Below are positions 47,068-56,727 of a stretch of 63,639 bases of DNA, in pieces; position 1 is the stretch's first letter; every line of letters begins with the position of its first letter. Location of the stretch: assembly GCA_964396685.1 (NCBI GenBank), contig CAYNFS010000004.1, forward strand, positions 1 through 63,639, written 5' to 3'. Made by a program: the position numbers and the translations under genes. This DNA comes from an uncultured Candidatus Saccharibacteria bacterium (GTDB taxonomy: Bacteria > Patescibacteriota > Doudnabacteria > UBA920 > 2-01-FULL-46-14). The notes under the pieces are model-generated. The model made no database searches. It was not told where the DNA came from and worked only from the letters and a program-made list of their open reading frames with translations.

Positions 47068-48024
47068 TTATGGTGTAGGGGTAAATTCTATGTCCTTCAC
47101 CACCTCTCCCTCTTTTCCCAAAGTTCCCAAATCTTTGCCATCCAGAATCACCCGGGTATTGCCGGCATTCCCAGTGGTAAGCACAATTTTGTCTGACGCT
47201 TTGATTGTCTGCCGGGAATTCGGCAGCATGGTCCCGGAATACTTCTCGATTCCGTCTGCTTCCAAATAAATCCAGGTTGCTTGCTCGCCAATCACCACCT
47301 CTAGATTCAACCCTGCGGCAAGAGGTGACCCGACAGTAGAGCTCCCGGCAATTTCTTTTTCGTTTAGCACAATGGAACGGCTAACTGCAGATTCTTGCCC
47401 AAATTTATTGATGGCTTTAATCACTAACTGATTTGGACCGGGAGCCAAGCTTAAATTTTCCCGAAACTCTCCGTTAGCGTCCGCCACAATCGGCTGATTA
47501 TTCAAAAACACGGACGACCCGGGTTCCGTTTCGCCCTTCACCAAAAGCAGGCTTGAATTCACGGCCACGTCTCTTTCCGGCGAAAAAACTTCAAGCTTGG
47601 GCGGACGATTCAAAGAACTTATCTGAAAATACAAATAGCCCAAACTCAAAAAACCCAAAAGCGCCACAGCCGCAATCGTCAAAGTTTTGGGATTTAGCAC
47701 AAAGCGTGGAATGGTGATGGGTAATTTCGGCACAGGCTTCTTTAAGGTTTCTACATTGTGAGCGATTTCGTGCTCGGCCGCGAACTGATTAAGCAGAATG
47801 TTGACATCTATTCTATAAACGGCAGCCAAGCTTTTCAAAAAACCTTTGATATAAACAGCCGCTGGCAAATCCTGAAAACGGCCTTCTTCGAGAGCTTGTA
47901 AATATCTTGGCTGGACCTGTGAAACTTTAGAAATTTCGGAAACCGGCAAACCGGTTCGCTTCCTTAATACCTGCAGATACTCGCCTAGGCTTTCGGTTTT
48001 GACTTTTTTGGTGATAAAACTCAT
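47068..48024 (-). CDS. RodZ-like protein (HTH + TM + Ig + DUF4115)
   Basis: LGEYL...R...YLQALEEG.F..LP..VY.KGF; C-terminal 'GNAG......G..LG.LG..GEV'. Confidence 0.85.
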   Translation of the reverse strand: MSFITKKVKTESLGEYLQVLRKRTGLPVSEISKVSQVQPRYLQALEEGRFQDLPAAVYIKGFLKSLAAVYRIDVNILLNQFAAEHEIAHNVETLKKPVPKLPITIPRFVLNPKTLTIAAVALLGFLSLGYLYFQISSLNRPPKLEVFSPERDVAVNSSLLLVKGETEPGSSVFLNNQPIVADANGEFRENLSLAPGPNQLVIKAINKFGQESAVSRSIVLNEKEIAGSSTVGSPLAAGLNLEVVIGEQATWIYLEADGIEKYSGTMLPNSRQTIKASDKIVLTTGNAGNTRVILDGKDLGTLGKEGEVVKDIEFTPTP

Positions 48025-50222
48025 ATAATTTCATCATTTGTGTATCCGTGGTCAATAAAAACATCCCTCGGCTTGGCCCCGTCTGCCGGCCCGATAATCC
48101 CTTTTTCTTCCATCAGATCAAGGAGTCGCGCGGCCCGCGCGTACCCAATCCGCAATCTGCGTTGCAAAAGCGAGGCCGATGCTTTGCCAGCCTGCCGCAC
48201 CACCTCAACCGCTTGAGAAAGCATATCATCATCAACATCCTCTTCCTCAAATCCTGGCAAGACTGGCCCGACTTTTTGTTTTTCCAAAATTTCTTCCGAA
48301 TATTCAACATCTCCGGCCTGCTTGTTCACAAAATCAACTGCCACTCTCACTTCTCTTTCAGAGATATATGTGCCCTGAATGCGCTTAGGTTTGCCAAGCT
48401 CGGCTGTGACATAAAGCATGTCGCCCGCTCCCAAAAGTTTTTCCGCGCCTGCCACATCCAGGATTGTCCGGGAATCAACTTGCGAAGCCACGGCAAAAGC
48501 GATCCGCGCCGTGATGTTGGCTTTGATCAGCCCGGTGATGATGTCGACTGACGGCCGCTGGGTCGCGAGTATCAAATGCACGCCCACGGCTCTGGCCATC
48601 TGCGCCAGCCGCACCACGGCGGCTTCCACGTCTGCTTGGGCAACCGCCATGAGATCCGCCAATTCGTCGACGATAATCACGATATAGGGGAGCCTTTCGG
48701 CCGCCGCCGCGTTGTATTCGATGATATTGCGCTTTGAGGTTTGAGCCAAAAGACTATAGCGCCTGTCCATTTCTTTGACTGCCCACTTCAAAGCATTAAC
48801 CGCCTTTTCATAATCAGTTACCACGGGTGTGAGCAGGTGCGGGATGCCGTTATAGAGATTCAGTTCCACTCGTTTGGGATCTATGATAATCAAACGCAAC
48901 TCCTCCGGCGAATTTCGGTACATAAAACTTATCAAAATGGAATTTATGCAAACGCTTTTGCCCGTGCCAGTGGCGCCGGCGATCAACAGATGCGGCATCT
49001 TGGCCAGATCCGCGACTATCGCAGATCCTGAAACATCGCGCCCTAGGCCAAAGGCCAAATTGGATTTGTGATTGATAAATTCCGCGGTTGAAACAATGTC
49101 CTTAAGCCTCACGATCGCGGTGGCTTTGTTGGGGATTTCAATCCCCACGAGCGAGCGGCCCGGAATTGGGGCTTCAATGCGGATGGATGGCGCAGCCAAA
49201 GCCAAGGCCAAGTCATTTTGCAAAGTAACGATCTGGGAAAGCTTAATGCCTTGGGCCGGCCGCAGGGTGTATTGCGTGACCGTGGGGCCGACATTGACCT
49301 CGCCCATTTCCACTTCTATGCCAAAGTCAGACAAAGTTTTTTGAATAATGGCGATATTAGCCTCGATATTGCCGCTGTCCACCGTATTGTGCGAATCCTC
49401 GAGCAAATTTATCGGCGGCAGCTGCCAGGTGTCCTTGCGGTATCTGGACGAAACTTCGTAAGCCCTCCGGGGCTTGATACTTTCTTCCGCAATGCTCAAT
49501 GTTTCATCCTCTGCCATCTCTTCTTTTTCTCCACCTCCCTCGCTCTTAATTTCTCCACCAGACTGGGAGACCTTGAGAATCGAAAACTGTGTGGAGGGCA
49601 TCTGGTTGATTTTGACGTCAGAACTCAAAGGTTTTTCTTTGATACTTGGCAGAAACTCTTTGGATCGCCTGAACAGGGAAGCTAAATTCAAATTAAAAGT
49701 TACGACCAAAGAGACAAGCACAAGGCCGACAAAAATAACAAGCGCCGCCCAAAAATCCAAAAGGCTGTATAAAGGAAAAGAGGCCAGCGCCCCCAAATAG
49801 CCTCCGCCCTCGCCAGCCTTGACCAGTTCAAAAGTCAGTTCCGGTTGCCCACGGATAACAATCAGGTGAAATAAGCCGGTCAGAGAAAAAACAAACAAAA
49901 TACTGCCCAGATAAACCCGAAGATTGGAGACAGGAGGAGGCTCCTCCTGCACTTTGCGCCGACCAGCTAAAAGCAAAGCAATCGCCATCCCCAAAAAAAT
50001 CAAGGGCGAAACAATCGCGGCCCAGCCGAAAAGAAGACGCAATATCTTGGCAATGATATTTCCCAAAGCCCCCGCCGCATCAAACATCGCAAGAAAAGCC
50101 AGAATCGCCAAAAGCAAAAACCCCACGACCAAAACCCCGCGCTTGGTCTGGGGCGAAAGCTCAAGTTTGGGCAATTCCTCGGCTCCGCGATTGCAATTTT
50201 TATTTCTTCGCCTGCGGCTCAT
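48021..50222 (-). CDS. ftsK: DNA translocase FtsK/SpoIIIE
   Basis: 4TM N-terminus; AGATGTGKS, DPKRVEL, ATQRPS; gamma domain 'SASLLQRRLRIGYARAARL'. Confidence 0.96.
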   Translation of the reverse strand: MSRRRRNKNCNRGAEELPKLELSPQTKRGVLVVGFLLLAILAFLAMFDAAGALGNIIAKILRLLFGWAAIVSPLIFLGMAIALLLAGRRKVQEEPPPVSNLRVYLGSILFVFSLTGLFHLIVIRGQPELTFELVKAGEGGGYLGALASFPLYSLLDFWAALVIFVGLVLVSLVVTFNLNLASLFRRSKEFLPSIKEKPLSSDVKINQMPSTQFSILKVSQSGGEIKSEGGGEKEEMAEDETLSIAEESIKPRRAYEVSSRYRKDTWQLPPINLLEDSHNTVDSGNIEANIAIIQKTLSDFGIEVEMGEVNVGPTVTQYTLRPAQGIKLSQIVTLQNDLALALAAPSIRIEAPIPGRSLVGIEIPNKATAIVRLKDIVSTAEFINHKSNLAFGLGRDVSGSAIVADLAKMPHLLIAGATGTGKSVCINSILISFMYRNSPEELRLIIIDPKRVELNLYNGIPHLLTPVVTDYEKAVNALKWAVKEMDRRYSLLAQTSKRNIIEYNAAAAERLPYIVIIVDELADLMAVAQADVEAAVVRLAQMARAVGVHLILATQRPSVDIITGLIKANITARIAFAVASQVDSRTILDVAGAEKLLGAGDMLYVTAELGKPKRIQGTYISEREVRVAVDFVNKQAGDVEYSEEILEKQKVGPVLPGFEEEDVDDDMLSQAVEVVRQAGKASASLLQRRLRIGYARAARLLDLMEEKGIIGPADGAKPRDVFIDHGYTNDEII

Positions 50223-50507
50223 ACCTCATTATTTTAGCACCAACCCAGGACAATTCATAGGCTTGAGTGCAAAAGAATTACGATTAAAGGGTTAATCCTA
50301 TGCCGGAAACTCTAGCGACTTCATCGATGGCCCTTCTAGAATCAAATAGCTTGCAAGGATGCGTCTTCGCACTTTCGCACCCTTGCCGTTTTTTTTGAGT
50401 TCAAAAACCATCCTCAAATCAGCGCGACCGCCTTAATTTAAGGATAAGAAAAAATGCCTTTATGGCGGCACTCTTAATCCTATTTTCTAGATTCTAAATT
50501 CTATATT

Positions 50508-50930
50508 CTATTCTTCCCCTCTGACCTTGACTTTCTTGGTGCGCGATCTCGAAGCTTTTGGCAAAGTCAGAGTCAAAATCCCCTCTTTGATGTCGGCTTC
50601 GGCCTTGTCCACGTCTATTTCCACCGGCAACGTGAAAGACCGCGAAAAAGCGCCCCAGTAGCATTCCTGATAAATATAGTCTTTCTCTTTGACTTCTTCT
50701 TCCTCTTTTCTCTCCCCGTTAATTGTAACTTCGCTGCCGCTCAAAGTAATATCCAAATCTTCGGGTTTGACACCCGCGATAGTTGATTTGACATAGACAT
50801 TGTCTTTATCCTGGAAGACGTCAACCGCGAGCTGGCCTTCTTCTTCGGAAGTTTCCTGCAAACCCATATCAGCATCGGTTTCTGCGATTTCGTCTCCGCC
50901 TCTGTTAAAGACATTTTTGAGCCACGCCAT
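50508..50930 (-). CDS. Hsp20/alpha-crystallin protein
   Basis: VDVFQ...IAGVKPEDLDI...GER...GAFSRSF.LP...GILTL.LPK. Confidence 0.92.
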   Translation of the reverse strand: MAWLKNVFNRGGDEIAETDADMGLQETSEEEGQLAVDVFQDKDNVYVKSTIAGVKPEDLDITLSGSEVTINGERKEEEEVKEKDYIYQECYWGAFSRSFTLPVEIDVDKAEADIKEGILTLTLPKASRSRTKKVKVRGEE

Positions 50931-50951
50931 ATTTGTATATTAGTATCGCTC

Positions 50952-52058
50952 TTACAACATGTCAATTATGGCGCTTGCCGCTCTCTCTGCAGCATCCGGG
51001 ACGTTGATTCTTTTGAGGTTTTGCTTCAACATCTGGTAGAATTTTTTGTCCAAAAGCAGGCGCTGCATCCACATCCTGATCTCCCTGGGACTCTTGGCCG
51101 CAACCGCCACACCGGCTTTCAAAAGATAATCCTGGTTTAGCTCCTCCATGGCCGGCAAGGGATGCGCCAGAATCATGGGCAAATTTTCGGCAATCGCTTG
51201 GGAAACCGTTAGCCCTCCCGGTTTGGTGATCAAAATTCTGGCGACAGAAAAAAGCTTTGCGATATTTTCATTGGACCAGTCGCTAAAAACCTTCAAATGC
51301 TTTTCTGCCAGACTTTCCAGTTTTTTGGCCAAAACCTTGTCAGTGCCAGTCACGACCACAAGCTCCGTCTCAAGCTCGGATTTAAGAAGCTCCAAAACAT
51401 CTTCTATTCTTATCCCCCAGCCGTGGCTGCCGCCCATCATTAAAATAATCGGCCTGGTGTGAGAAAGCTTAAAGCCTCTCATAATCTCGCTTTCTTCATA
51501 ATCTTTGCGAAATTCTTCACTAACCGGCATGCCTGTTACCACAATCCGTTTCGAACTAAAGCCGTATTTCATGACTTCTTCCTTTTGAGCTTCTGTCATT
51601 ACCAGATACCGATCAACCAGAGAATAAACCCAATAAGGCTGGAAATGATAATCGCTGAATGTTGTTATCAAAAGCCCTCCAAACAAGCCTTCCTTTTTAA
51701 AGTAACTCACAAAAGCCGTCGGGGTGGGATGAGTGGTGACAATCAAATCCGGTTTTTCTTGCGAAATCTTTTGCCATAATTTCTTGGCCCTGATTCCGGC
51801 AAAAGGAACACGCAAAGGCAATGTCAACTCCAAAAAAACTCTATTGGTGTAAAAAAAACGCCATAGCGCAGGCATTTGCTTGATAATCCAAGTGTAAATT
51901 TTGGCAGAGGTCTCGGTCAAAGGCCCTTTGTACATTTCCAGAACATCCAACATCGACAGCTCGATGTCAGGATATTTCGAGAGGGCCTGGGCAATGTTTT
52001 CCGCAATCACCTTGTGTCCCAAGCCCACCGAACCAAACATAATAAGGATTTTTTTCAT
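50952..52058 (-). CDS. MGDG synthase / GT28 glycosyltransferase
   Basis: GLGH, PDLIV.THP, TGMPV, GGS.G, TKPGGLT, EE.N. Confidence 0.88.
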   Translation of the reverse strand: MKKILIMFGSVGLGHKVIAENIAQALSKYPDIELSMLDVLEMYKGPLTETSAKIYTWIIKQMPALWRFFYTNRVFLELTLPLRVPFAGIRAKKLWQKISQEKPDLIVTTHPTPTAFVSYFKKEGLFGGLLITTFSDYHFQPYWVYSLVDRYLVMTEAQKEEVMKYGFSSKRIVVTGMPVSEEFRKDYEESEIMRGFKLSHTRPIILMMGGSHGWGIRIEDVLELLKSELETELVVVTGTDKVLAKKLESLAEKHLKVFSDWSNENIAKLFSVARILITKPGGLTVSQAIAENLPMILAHPLPAMEELNQDYLLKAGVAVAAKSPREIRMWMQRLLLDKKFYQMLKQNLKRINVPDAAERAASAIIDML

Positions 52059-52065
52059 AGGTCAC

Positions 52066-53226
52066 TTAGCTTACAACTGGTTCTCGAGGTCTAAATATGA
52101 GAAACATGGTTCCCAATGCCAAACCCAAGCCTCCCAAAATCATAAATAAATTCGAAAGTCCTAGCCGATCCGTTAAAAACCCGAACAAGAAAAGGGTCAG
52201 TGCCGCCGAAACTGTCGCAACCATGCCTTGGACGGAAATGATTGTCGCGCGATGCGAGGATTCGATGTGGCGGTTGGAATAAATGCTGACCAGCAGGCGC
52301 AACATGCCCAAAAGAAAAGCGTAAAACAGTAATGGTGCAAAACTTATTTTGCCCGTCAAAATCCCGGCAACCCCGACGGATAAGCCGAAAAGCAAAAGGC
52401 CGAGATTGAAAATTCTTTGTTCGCCGACATCCTGCATCAATTTAGGAGCAAAAATCCCGCCCAAAGCTTCTCCCAAAAACAAAGCGGGCAGGATAAAGCT
52501 GAACTGCCGGATGACAAATCCTCTTTCCATCAAAAACGGCTGGTAGGAATTGGTTAAATTGTACCAGATGGCAAAAGTCAAAGCCATGACCCCAATTGAC
52601 CACACGATGTATCGATTTGACCTGACTTGTTTGAAACCAGTAGTAATTTGATTTAGGTGTTCTTTGATGGTAAAAGCCCTTTTGGGCTGGGAAGCCTCGT
52701 TGAAAAAAAGAACGCTCATACCCCCCAGCAAAAAAGGCAAGGATGAAAAAAGATAAGGATAGCGGAAATGGATTGCAAAAAGCATGGGTCCGACCACACC
52801 TGCCAGGGCCGTTCCGACTAGAAACAAAAGCCGTCCCCGGCTCAAAGTTTTGGTATAGAGTTTCTCGTCCTGAAGTCTGTCGTAAAGCATGGCTTCATCC
52901 GCGCCGGAGATAAAAGAAAAACCCAGGGCCCACAGAAAAAAGCTCAAAAACAACTGCAGGAAATTTTGGCTAAGCCCGGAAGCGACGGCTCCCAAAGTCA
53001 GCACAAAACAGCCAATGGCTACTGATTTTTTCCGCCCCACCAAATCAGCAAAAGCCCCGCTTGGCACTTCAAAAAGGATAAACATTAACATATAAACAGC
53101 ACCCAGGATAAAAACTTGAGAGTAGGAAAATCCCAAAACTCGCTCAAAAAGCACGGTTGTGCCGTTGGCTAAATAAAAACCGACAAAGAAACAAAACAAA
53201 TAGTAAATGATAATATCGCGCCTCAT
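52066..53226 (-). CDS. MFS transporter
   Basis: EVPSGAFAD..GRK, SGA.EA.LYD; ~12 TM helices. Confidence 0.9.
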   Translation of the reverse strand: MRRDIIIYYLFCFFVGFYLANGTTVLFERVLGFSYSQVFILGAVYMLMFILFEVPSGAFADLVGRKKSVAIGCFVLTLGAVASGLSQNFLQLFLSFFLWALGFSFISGADEAMLYDRLQDEKLYTKTLSRGRLLFLVGTALAGVVGPMLFAIHFRYPYLFSSLPFLLGGMSVLFFNEASQPKRAFTIKEHLNQITTGFKQVRSNRYIVWSIGVMALTFAIWYNLTNSYQPFLMERGFVIRQFSFILPALFLGEALGGIFAPKLMQDVGEQRIFNLGLLLFGLSVGVAGILTGKISFAPLLFYAFLLGMLRLLVSIYSNRHIESSHRATIISVQGMVATVSAALTLFLFGFLTDRLGLSNLFMILGGLGLALGTMFLIFRPREPVVS

Positions 53227-53298
53227 CCAAAAATCATCTCAAATATCTCACCAGCGCCCAAAGAAGCAGAATAATCACAATCCCCAAAATAATTTTTT

Positions 53299-53745
53299 TC
53301 ATAGATTCATATCCCTTTCTTTTATGAACATTTTGATTGTCTCACCTCCGTCTCGCAATAACTCCATCTGTAATGCCGCCTCTGGCGTGGCCCAACGGAA
53401 TTCCTTATGCTCTTCGGGGTTGATCCTGACTTCCGGTTTTGTCTCTAAAGGATAATAAAACTTGTGCGAAATGAAATCGTATTCCGGAAACCTGACATAA
53501 ACCGTCTTCAAGGCCCGAAGTTTGGGTAAACTGATGTCAATGGCGGTTTCCTCTTTGACCTCTCGGACAATTGCCTCAATCATAGTTTCGCCTTCGTGCA
53601 CTGTCCCTCCTGGGACACTCCATTTGTTGCCGTATGTTTCCTTGTCTTGCCTGAAAAGCAGTAATATCTCCCCGTGATACTCGCAAAAACAAATCACTAA
53701 ATCAAACTGCGGCTGAAAATCTGGCGGCGGATTTTTATAAATCAT
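53299..53745 (-). CDS. NUDIX hydrolase
   Basis: PGG.V..GE...EA..REVKEET; start MIYKN. Confidence 0.88.
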   Translation of the reverse strand: MIYKNPPPDFQPQFDLVICFCEYHGEILLLFRQDKETYGNKWSVPGGTVHEGETMIEAIVREVKEETAIDISLPKLRALKTVYVRFPEYDFISHKFYYPLETKPEVRINPEEHKEFRWATPEAALQMELLRDGGETIKMFIKERDMNL

Positions 53746-53754
53746 ATATCTCTT

Positions 53755-53840
53755 GCCATTGCAAGGAGCGAAGCGACGCGGCAATCTCTGCCGGGATTGC
53801 TTCTCCGCCTCTCGACCAGCTCGAGACGGATCGCAAGGGC
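53755..53840. repeat. REP-like element (GxCATTGC...GCAATC...GATTGC family)
   Basis: GCCATTGCAAGGAGCGAAGCGACGCGGCAATCTC...GATTGCTTC...CGCAAGGGC. Confidence 0.75.
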
Positions 53841-53845
53841 ACTTA

Positions 53846-54391
53846 CTAAATGAATAGTTTTTTCCTGAATTTCCCCAATTCCCCTTTTAATCGCATCCGC
53901 AAAATATCGCTCACAAACTCTCCGCCCCAGTATGCACTGGAAGTTATTTCTATAAATTCTTCAAAACTTACATCAAGGACTTCTATACGCTCTCCGCTCT
54001 CAAGTCGGGGCTCAGCCATCTTGCTACAATTTCTAGCAATGTAAAAATAAACTCGCCACTGCATCTTGATAACTGGTTCATAGATCTTCAACATCTCCCA
54101 ATCGCGAGAGACGAGTCCGGCTTCCTCCAAAAGTTCACGCTTAGCGCAAGCCAACGGGCCCTCTCCTTCATCTACACGACCACCCAAAAGGCCGTATTCT
54201 CTCTTATGGCCTGGCTGTTCCTCTCGAGTCATCAAAATCCTCCCGTCTCTAGTAGCAATGACCTGTATCGTGTCCGGCCGTTGAATCCTTTCAAAAGTCT
54301 TATAGCTTCCGTCAAACATCTTCTGCCGCCACTGCCAGACCTCAAAAATCTCTCCTTTGAAAACTCGCTTGGCTTTTTTGGGAATTTTCAT
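53846..54391 (-). CDS. NUDIX hydrolase (ADP-ribose pyrophosphatase-like)
   Basis: GGRVDEGE.PL..AKRELLEEAG. Confidence 0.88.
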   Translation of the reverse strand: MKIPKKAKRVFKGEIFEVWQWRQKMFDGSYKTFERIQRPDTIQVIATRDGRILMTREEQPGHKREYGLLGGRVDEGEGPLACAKRELLEEAGLVSRDWEMLKIYEPVIKMQWRVYFYIARNCSKMAEPRLESGERIEVLDVSFEEFIEITSSAYWGGEFVSDILRMRLKGELGKFRKKLFI

Positions 54392-54563
54392 AATTTTACA
54401 TTAACATAAACAAAAAGCAAAAACAATTACTTCCTCGCCCAACCTAATGAGTCCAAGCAATCAGAACAGCAGGCGATAGAGTGTATCATCGTATTAGCAT
54501 GGTAATATGCTAATACAAGAATAAAACATCCCTCCGTTATCCCCAGCTCATAAATTTACCGTT

Positions 54564-55220
54564 TCACAAAAGTTTATTTAGTTTGTCCAAAACCGCCCGC
54601 CAGTACCGGCGCATCTTCTCGCGCTTGTGGGCTGATGATAATTTCTCCTGATGAAACCGGATCATGGTTTTGTTGGGCGTATTACGGTGGCGAAAAAGAT
54701 AGATTTGAACTGTGGAGGGATTCTTAAACGATTTCGGCTACCAAGCCAGCCGCAGTTTTTCGCCAAGTTTGAATGTTCTGATCTCTCCCGTCGTTCCTTC
54801 TTTAGTTTTATACTTACGGCCTTTTTGAAAATCCATTTTCCCTATATTCTCCAGCCACAGCTTGCGGCCAGCCGGACTTGTGATCATCTGCCATGCCCGT
54901 TTTTGGGAAACGGGAAAAACTTTCTGCACGCCGATTTTAAACCCGGCTTTTTTGGTTTGTCCAACAGCCCTTCTGCCTTTCGCGTATTCATAACCCACCG
55001 TCACCGTCTGGCACCACCAGCCTTCGCTCTTCGAGCTACGGCTGGCAGGCCAGCCGTTTTTGATATGGCCTTGGTCATAAAGCAGGCGGGCAATGTCTTT
55101 GTGGAGCATTTTTGCCGCGCCTTGCACGTTCAAAAACCTGATCCACTGCTCCCAAGTCCTGCCCGTGGCTTTTTTCACCGCCCGGCTTGAAATTTTATTG
55201 ATCTTTTCGTACTTGCCCAT
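54564..55220 (-). pseudogene. SRPBCC/AHSA1-like protein interrupted by an in-frame TAG
   Basis: MGKYE...GEKLRLAW*PKSFKNPSTVQI...FHQEKL...YWRAVLDKLNKLL; frame continues to TGA at 54564. Confidence 0.75.
55017..55055. repeat. 33-nt palindromic insertion with 6-bp direct repeat (CCAGCC)
   Basis: CCAGCC-TTCGCTCTTCGAGCTACGGCTGGCAGG-CCAGCC; adds PASRSSKSEGW. Confidence 0.8.
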
Positions 55221-55290
55221 ATGCCTATGGTAATTTTGCAAAATTTTATATGCGGGGAATATCACGCGGCCGCATGCTTTTCCCCATATC

Positions 55291-55821
55291 TCATTTTAGA
55301 CCAAATATCTTTCGCAAAAAATCCTCTTCGTCTATTTCCGAAACAGTCAAATAACGAAAATATTTGCGTAAATTCCATTCTTTCAAGAGCTGGTCAAGTT
55401 CGCCGGTAACGGGATACGGTGTTATGTAGACACTTTCTTGCAAGGGGAAAAAACCCAAATTTTTTAGCTCCCGCCGCAGATATTCCCGCCATTTTTTAAG
55501 CGTTTCGGGCAAATCAAAAATTATCACCCGCCACTGCTTATCCCATTTTTTAAGTTTTAATCTCTCTAACTGCAAATATTTCAAGATGCTAAGCTTCCCT
55601 TTAGGCGCTAAATGGAAGAAGGACTGGTTATTTTTCTGCCGTTTGATTACGTATCCCCCTCTTGCCAAGTCTCGCAACTTCAAAAATACACTGCGGTAAT
55701 CCCAGGGCATTTGATCTTTCCAAGCTATTTCGAGAAATTCGCGGGATGTCAGGGCCTTGGAATCCAATAGCAATCGCAGAATCCTCGTACTGTCCTCGTT
55801 GAGTCTCCTTCCTCTTCGCAT
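55291..55821 (-). CDS. PaaX-family transcriptional regulator (wHTH + Cas2-like domain)
   Basis: wHTH...L..KG; WDKQWR.IIFD.PE....R..LR..L...GF..LQESVYI. Confidence 0.85.
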   Translation of the reverse strand: MRRGRRLNEDSTRILRLLLDSKALTSREFLEIAWKDQMPWDYRSVFLKLRDLARGGYVIKRQKNNQSFFHLAPKGKLSILKYLQLERLKLKKWDKQWRVIIFDLPETLKKWREYLRRELKNLGFFPLQESVYITPYPVTGELDQLLKEWNLRKYFRYLTVSEIDEEDFLRKIFGLK

Positions 55822-56010
55822 TTTTTGTGGTCTGGAATTTTTAAATTTCCATGTTTCCCCCCTCTAATCCCATTCTAGGCTTTTTGTGGAAAAAATCAAG
55901 CGGCCGCGCGAATTTTCCCTCTTTCCGAGCTGGAATACTGAAAAATTCAGTACGACAAGTACGACAAATATGGATAATAACTACCTTTCATGAAACATTC
56001 TCCCCAATTA

Positions 56011-56568
56011 TCAATTTATCCCATAGATCCATACCGGTGGAAAATTTCTCAAAACAAAAGAGATTTTTCGTATTGGCAAGTCTTTGTAAATTTGTTTCAT
56101 TATTGGAGGCATGTAAGTGAAAAACCTAAAAATGGCGCCGCGATTCGTATGTTGTTTAATAGAGTTGAAAAGTTCATCTTTCATCTCTTTGGGCAAGAAC
56201 GGTAAACCTGAAATAATCAAATCAGCCTTATTCATTCCATGTTTCTTCAAGATGTCGCCCAACAAATGCGCGCTTTTGTTTTCTACAATTACCCGATCGC
56301 CGTATCTGTTTTGCAAAGTTTTTGCATATGATTTTTCAATTTCGATCAGAAGGATCTTTGTGTTTGGCCGGCATCTTTTTAATATCTCTTCAGTTAATAC
56401 TCCTGTGCCAGGGCCGAGTTCTACAATCGTGTCAATATGAGAAAAATCTACGCCGTGGAGAATAGCTCGGCTGGCAAATTGCGAGCTCGGCATAATCGAG
56501 GCGTTTCTTAACGGATTCTTTAAAAAATTTAATCCGAACGAGAAAAAAGTTTTTATTTTGCTTTCCAT
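56011..56568 (-). CDS. phospholipid N-methyltransferase-like SAM methyltransferase (PmtA-like)
   Basis: SIMPSS, VELGPGTG, IISGLPF, F.Y, V.RNFPP; start MESK. Confidence 0.8.
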   Translation of the reverse strand: MESKIKTFFSFGLNFLKNPLRNASIMPSSQFASRAILHGVDFSHIDTIVELGPGTGVLTEEILKRCRPNTKILLIEIEKSYAKTLQNRYGDRVIVENKSAHLLGDILKKHGMNKADLIISGLPFLPKEMKDELFNSIKQHTNRGAIFRFFTYMPPIMKQIYKDLPIRKISFVLRNFPPVWIYGIN

Positions 56569-56669
56569 ATCCTCATCCCAATCATTTGTAGAAAAAACTA
56601 GCAGACGCGCGAATTGTCTTATAATCGTATTGTCCACGCGCTGATTCATTTTACCCGAAAAAACCGACA

Positions 56670-56699
56670 AGAGCCAGCGAATATTCGCTGGCTCTCTTT
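56670..56699. terminator. hairpin terminator downstream of glnA
   Basis: perfect palindrome AGAGCCAGCGAATATTCGCTGGCTCT. Confidence 0.6.
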
Positions 56700-56727
56700 T
56701 CAAACTTATTATACCCGGAGAGAGATG

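Noticed and set aside
50290-50500. Hairpin GCAAGG...CCTTGC between hsp20 and ftsK as a riboswitch
   Set aside because: Only one convincing stem and no recognisable aptamer motif.
54400-54520. 20-codon minus-strand ORF (MIHSIACCSDC...) and a 10-bp inverted repeat at 54491-54516
   Set aside because: Too short to support; the inverted repeat may simply be a terminator or operator.
54564-55220. Stop-codon reassignment (TAG readthrough)
   Set aside because: Only one case; several intact genes (e.g. efp, comM) end in TAG and no other gene is interrupted.
55950-55967. GTACGACAA direct repeat upstream of the PaaX-like gene as its operator
   Set aside because: Plausible, but two 9-mers are insufficient evidence without comparative data.
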